Below are positions 60,058 through 64,000 of a DNA stretch of 64,000 nucleotides, piece by piece. The stretch spans positions 2,304,001 to 2,368,000 of the forward strand of contig CBDBHB010000009.1 of NCBI GenBank assembly GCA_965205505.1, read 5' to 3'. The stretch's first letter is position 1. Every line of letters starts with the position of its first letter. The DNA comes from Acidobacteriota bacterium. Lineage in GTDB: Bacteria; Acidobacteriota; UBA890; WLXD01. Below the pieces are notes generated by a model, which was not told the origin of the DNA, ran no database searches, and worked only from the letters and a program-made list of their open reading frames with translations. Both the position numbers and the translations under genes were made by a program.

Positions 60058-60194
60058 GGCGACAGGGGGTTGCGCGCGTATGCTGCGTCGTTCCTCGTCA
60101 ACGATGGGGTAACCATCGCCTCCTCCTCTCTCCTTGCCTCCACTTCGCAAGTCCCTGTCGCCAGACCCACCACACTTTCACCACGGCCTGCTAG
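60058..60194 (+). mobile_element. MITE-like structured palindrome ending in the IS-end motif
   Basis: GGCGACAGGG (60058) pairs with CCCTGTCGCC (60153); inner TTGCG/CGCAA and CGATGG/CCATCG; followed by ACCCACCACACTTTCACCACGGCCTGCTAG. Confidence 0.6.
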
Positions 60195-60256
60195 GCTTGC
60201 TCACCTGCCCGCCGTTTGAGCGCATCGCCGTAAGGGGCGCGAAGTGTGCGAAGTCT

Positions 60257-62260
60257 ATGATGCGATGGAAGGGAAGTGCCGCGCTAGCGCTTGGTTTGTC
60301 GTTGCTGACGAGCGTTGCTTCCGGTGAGGTGATCCGAGTCGAGGTGGTCGATCTGGAGTCGCCGACCTTCGACGGACGGAGCTTCGGCGATGTCGGGCTC
60401 TACGAGAAAGCGACGCTGCGCGTCACCATGGCGGTGGATCCGGAGGATCCGCACAACGCCAACATCGTCGATCTGGCGCTGGCGCGGCGAGATGCCGACG
60501 GGCGAGTGCGGTATACGACCACCGTGGTCATCTTCAAGCCGATCGAGCTGGGGCGGGGCAACAAGCGCATTTTCTACGACGTGCTCAATCGCGGCCGCAA
60601 GATCGGGCTCGGCTTGATGAACGACGCGCCGCGCGTCAACGATCCATCGACGGCGGACCACGCTGGCAACGGCTTCATGATGCGCCAGGGCTACACGATC
60701 GTCTGGTCCGGGTGGCAAACGGACGCGCCTCCCGGCGATGGGCGCATGTTCCTGGAAGCGCCAGCGGTACCGGGGGTCGAGGCCCCGAGCCGGGAGGAGT
60801 TCATATTCGACCACGATCGGAATCCCGCTGTCGCGACGTTGAACTACCCGTCGGCCCGCCTCGATCCCGGCGATGCTCAGCTTACGGTACGTCAGTACGC
60901 GCACGACATCCGGCAGACGCCGCCGGATCTATCGTTCCGTTATATGCCCGTGACCCGTGGGGGAACCTTCTTCACGAGCGCCGAGCAGATACTGGTCGAG
61001 CGCCCGGAGGGCTTCGACGCTGGTGCTATCTACGAACTCATCTATACGGCGCGCGACTCCGTCGTCGCCGGCCTGGCGTTTGCCTCCGTACGGGACGTCG
61101 TTGCCTTCCTGCGTTACGCTGCCGCCGACCACGCGGGCAACGCCAACCCGCTGGCGCCGGGCGGAGCTCCCGGTATCGAGCGCGCTTACGCGCTGGGAAT
61201 CTCGCAGAGCGGCCGCTTCCTGCGCGACATGCTGTATCAAGGCTTCAACGAAGACGAGGTCGGACGGGTCGTCTTCGATGGCGTGGTCCCTGATGTGGCC
61301 GGGGCACGCCGGACCTTCATCAACCATCGCTTTGGGCAACCGGGGCGCTTTTCCCGTGAGCACGAGTCCCATCTCCAGCCAGGGGATCAGTTCCCGTTCA
61401 CCTACGCTACGCTGACCGATTCAGTGACCGGCAAGCGCGATGGCGTGCTGGCGCGCTGCGAGGCGGCCGGCAACTGCCCCAAGGTGATGCACGTCGATTC
61501 ATCGACGGAGTTCTTTCAGGGGCGTTCCTCGCTGATCGTCACCGATACGGCCGGCGAGCCGCTCGATCTGCCGGAAAATGTCCGTGCCTACCTGATCTCC
61601 AGCACACCGCACTCCAACTCGTTCGGCGTGCAGCCCGGACCGGTGGCGAATTGTCAGCTGCCGAGCAACCCGCTGCACCGCGGCGGCCCGGCCCGTGCCC
61701 TGCTGGTGGCGCTCGACCACTGGGTGAGCGACGGGACGCTGCCGCCGGACAGCCGCTTCCCGTCACGATCCGATGGAACGCTTGTTCCGCCCAGCCAGGC
61801 CGCGGTCGGCTATCCGCAGATTCCGGGCGTCGGCTACGACGGCCAAGTCAATCAAGTGCACGTTGTCGACTACGCCAAGCAGCCTCCGACCGAGGGTGCC
61901 CCGTACCCGGCGTTCGTGCCGGCGGTCGACGGCGACGGCCACGATGTCGCCGGTATCCGCATACCGGCGATCGAGGTGCCCATGGCGACCTACCTGGGCT
62001 GGAACCTGCGCAGTGCCGGCTACGCCGAGGGTGCTCTGTGTAGCGTCATCGGATCCACCATCCCGCTGCCGCACACCAGAGCCGAGCGCCTCGCCGGCGG
62101 CGACCCGCGTCTGTCGCTGGAGGAGCGCTATTCGAGCACCGACGATTACGTCGACCAGGTGTCTGGGGCGGCGCTGAGGCTGGTTCAGGAGCGCTTGCTG
62201 CTCGCGGAAGATGCCAATCGATACGTCGAGCAGGCCCGGGCGATGATTGCCGAGCACTGA
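60257..62260 (+). CDS. secreted alpha/beta-hydrolase-domain protein
   Basis: Signal peptide, FGDVGLYE, YDVLNRG, GISQSGRFLR (GxSxG), DGHDVAGIR, DPRLSLEERY. Confidence 0.8.
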   Translation: MMRWKGSAALALGLSLLTSVASGEVIRVEVVDLESPTFDGRSFGDVGLYEKATLRVTMAVDPEDPHNANIVDLALARRDADGRVRYTTTVVIFKPIELGRGNKRIFYDVLNRGRKIGLGLMNDAPRVNDPSTADHAGNGFMMRQGYTIVWSGWQTDAPPGDGRMFLEAPAVPGVEAPSREEFIFDHDRNPAVATLNYPSARLDPGDAQLTVRQYAHDIRQTPPDLSFRYMPVTRGGTFFTSAEQILVERPEGFDAGAIYELIYTARDSVVAGLAFASVRDVVAFLRYAAADHAGNANPLAPGGAPGIERAYALGISQSGRFLRDMLYQGFNEDEVGRVVFDGVVPDVAGARRTFINHRFGQPGRFSREHESHLQPGDQFPFTYATLTDSVTGKRDGVLARCEAAGNCPKVMHVDSSTEFFQGRSSLIVTDTAGEPLDLPENVRAYLISSTPHSNSFGVQPGPVANCQLPSNPLHRGGPARALLVALDHWVSDGTLPPDSRFPSRSDGTLVPPSQAAVGYPQIPGVGYDGQVNQVHVVDYAKQPPTEGAPYPAFVPAVDGDGHDVAGIRIPAIEVPMATYLGWNLRSAGYAEGALCSVIGSTIPLPHTRAERLAGGDPRLSLEERYSSTDDYVDQVSGAALRLVQERLLLAEDANRYVEQARAMIAEH

Positions 62261-62263
62261 CAG

Positions 62264-64000
62264 ATGTCCAGGAGCCTGCTGCCGATAGTCACGCTCGCCA
62301 TGGTCGGGGGCGTCGTCTGGCTCGGGTGGGGCTCGGCAAGCGGCGACGAGGTGGACTTCAATCGCGACGTCCGTCCGATCTTCAACGAGCGCTGCGTAGC
62401 GTGTCACGGTGGAGTTCGACAGCAAGCCGGTCTGAGCCTGCTTTTCCGAGCCGACGCGACGCGGCCCGCCGAGTCCGGCAGGTCTGCCGTGGTGCCGGGA
62501 GATCCGGGCGCCAGCGAGCTGCTGCGGCGTGTTGCGCACCGTGATCCTGACCAACGCATGCCTAAGGAAGGCGCTGCGCTCAGCGACGACGAGGTGGCGC
62601 GCCTGCGGCGCTGGGTCGAGCAGGGGGCGCTGGGTCGAGCAGGGGGCGCGTTGGGATGCGCACTGGGCGTACGTGGCGCCGGTCGATTCCGGTCTCCCGG
62701 AAGTGCCGGATGAAGCCTGGCCGCACAACGGGATCGATCGCTTCGTGGCGGCACGCCTGGAAAAAGAGGGGATGACACCGTCGCCACCTGCCGACTGCCG
62801 TACGCTACTGCGTCGCGTCAGCCTGGATCTCGTGGGCTTGCCGGCAGCGCCGGATGAGCTGGCGAGCGTATGCCGCGACGGCTCGCCCGAGACGTATGAG
62901 CGCTTCGTCGACCGCCTTCTCGCCTCGCCACGCTTCGGCGAGCGCTGGGCGGCGATGTGGCTCGACCTGGCGCGCTACGCGGACTCGACCGGGTACGAGA
63001 AGGACGGTGGGCGAACGATCTGGCGCTACCGGGACTGGGTCATTGAGGCGTTCAACCGCGATCTGCCGTTCGATCAGTTCACCGTGGAGCAACTTGCAGG
63101 CGATTTGCTTCCGGACTCGAGCGAGAGCCAGCGCGTGGCCACCGCGTTTCATCGCAACACGATGACCAACCTGGAGGGCGGCACCGACGACGAGGAGCAC
63201 CGCCTCGCCGCCGTCATCGACCGGGTGAACACCACATGGGAGGTGTGGCAGGGCACCACCATCGGTTGCACACAGTGCCACGGGCATCCCTACGACCCGT
63301 TCCGGCACGAGGAGTACTACTCCATCCTGGCGTTCTTCAACAACACCACGGACTGGGACCAAGGGCGGTGGGACCAATCGGGAATACTGCTGGAGGAGCC
63401 TCCGACACTGGCGACGTTCAGCCCGGAAACGGAGACCGAGGGCGAATCGCTGCTGGGGCGGGTGCGTGAGCTCCAGGAGATCATGGAGGCGATCGCCTCG
63501 ACCGCTGCAATGCAGGTGGCGCGCCGCGACTGGGAAGCACAGCTGGACGATCCGGAGGTTGCGGGAACGATCGGCGAAACCTGGAAGCTGGAGGTTCTTC
63601 GCATCGTTCGGACCCCCGAGGCCGATCGCGACGATGCCCAGCGGGCGTTCATTCGCTTCGCCTTCGCCGAAGCCTCGCCGGATGCGGAGCTGAATGCGCT
63701 GCGGGAGCGCCGGAGCGTGCTCCACGAGGAGCTCGGGGCGCTCGAACCTCTGCTGACGCCGATCATGCAAGAGGTGCCGGGCGATCGCCGTCGCACCACC
63801 CACGTGTTCGAGCGCGGCAACTTTCTGCTGCGCACGGGCGGGGTGTCGGCGGGGGTTCCGGCGTCGATGCATTCCATGCCCGATGATGCCCCGCGCAATC
63901 GCCTCGGCCTGGCACGCTGGCTCGTCGACCCGGAGAATCCGCTTACCGCCAGGGTGATCGTCAACCGGTTCTGGGAGCAGCTGTTCGGCATCGGTATCGT
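62264..64000 (+). pseudogene. planctomycete cytochrome c / DUF1549-DUF1553 (PSD1) protein; frameshifted by a 19-bp duplication; runs off the window
   Basis: VDFNRDVRPIFNERCVACH; downstream frame has LLRRVSLDLVGLP, FGERWAAMWLDLARYADS, CTQCHGHPYDP, LARWLVDPENPLTARVIVNRFW. Confidence 0.85.

Noticed and set aside
6655-63872. Long antisense or alternate-frame ORFs (e.g. 11299..13062, 25726..27096, 41248..42501, 46668..48068, 62805..63872)
   Set aside because: Shadow ORFs of real genes in high-GC DNA, with no motifs and Arg/Pro-biased composition
1-64000. CRISPR array or cas genes
   Set aside because: No regularly spaced repeats with unique spacers and no Cas motifs

Overview
High-GC bacterial chromosome window. 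The gene content (ADOP-type duplicated orphan permeases paired with PadR regulators, Hanks kinase/TolB-repeat proteins, secreted heme proteins) suggests Acidobacteriota, which is an inference. Layout: (i) 1-4.1 kb: two tandem lipoprotein methyltransferases, ferritin and a flippase-like protein. (ii) ~4.2-23.4 kb: a decaying island bounded by an intact tRNA-Leu(CAG) and a diverged 3' half of a tRNA-Leu(CAG). It carries a frameshifted tyrosine integrase with an excisionase-like HTH, an IS3 element, two ADOP permeases with PadR, a PQQ dehydrogenase, and a mosaic in which pieces of Ser/Thr kinase 5' ends (with their promoter) flank unrelated cargo genes. (iii) 23.5-39.4 kb: an essentially intact core block (GT-C-like protein, rnr, gatB, ftsEX, mutS2, dnaG, Na+/solute symporter, tRNA-Ile2). 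(iv) 39.4-64 kb: accessory modules, several separated by a recurring ...TTCACCACGGCCTGCTAG motif. These include a Tat-exported DoeA-like hydrolase, a heme c/copper-monooxygenase-like pair, a MOFRL kinase with an enolase paralog carrying a remodelled active site and an APC transporter, an arsenite-methyltransferase-like/radical SAM pair, two more PadR/ADOP pairs, CDGSH, SLC13 and a planctomycete-type cytochrome protein. All calls come from reading motifs by eye; no database searches were run.
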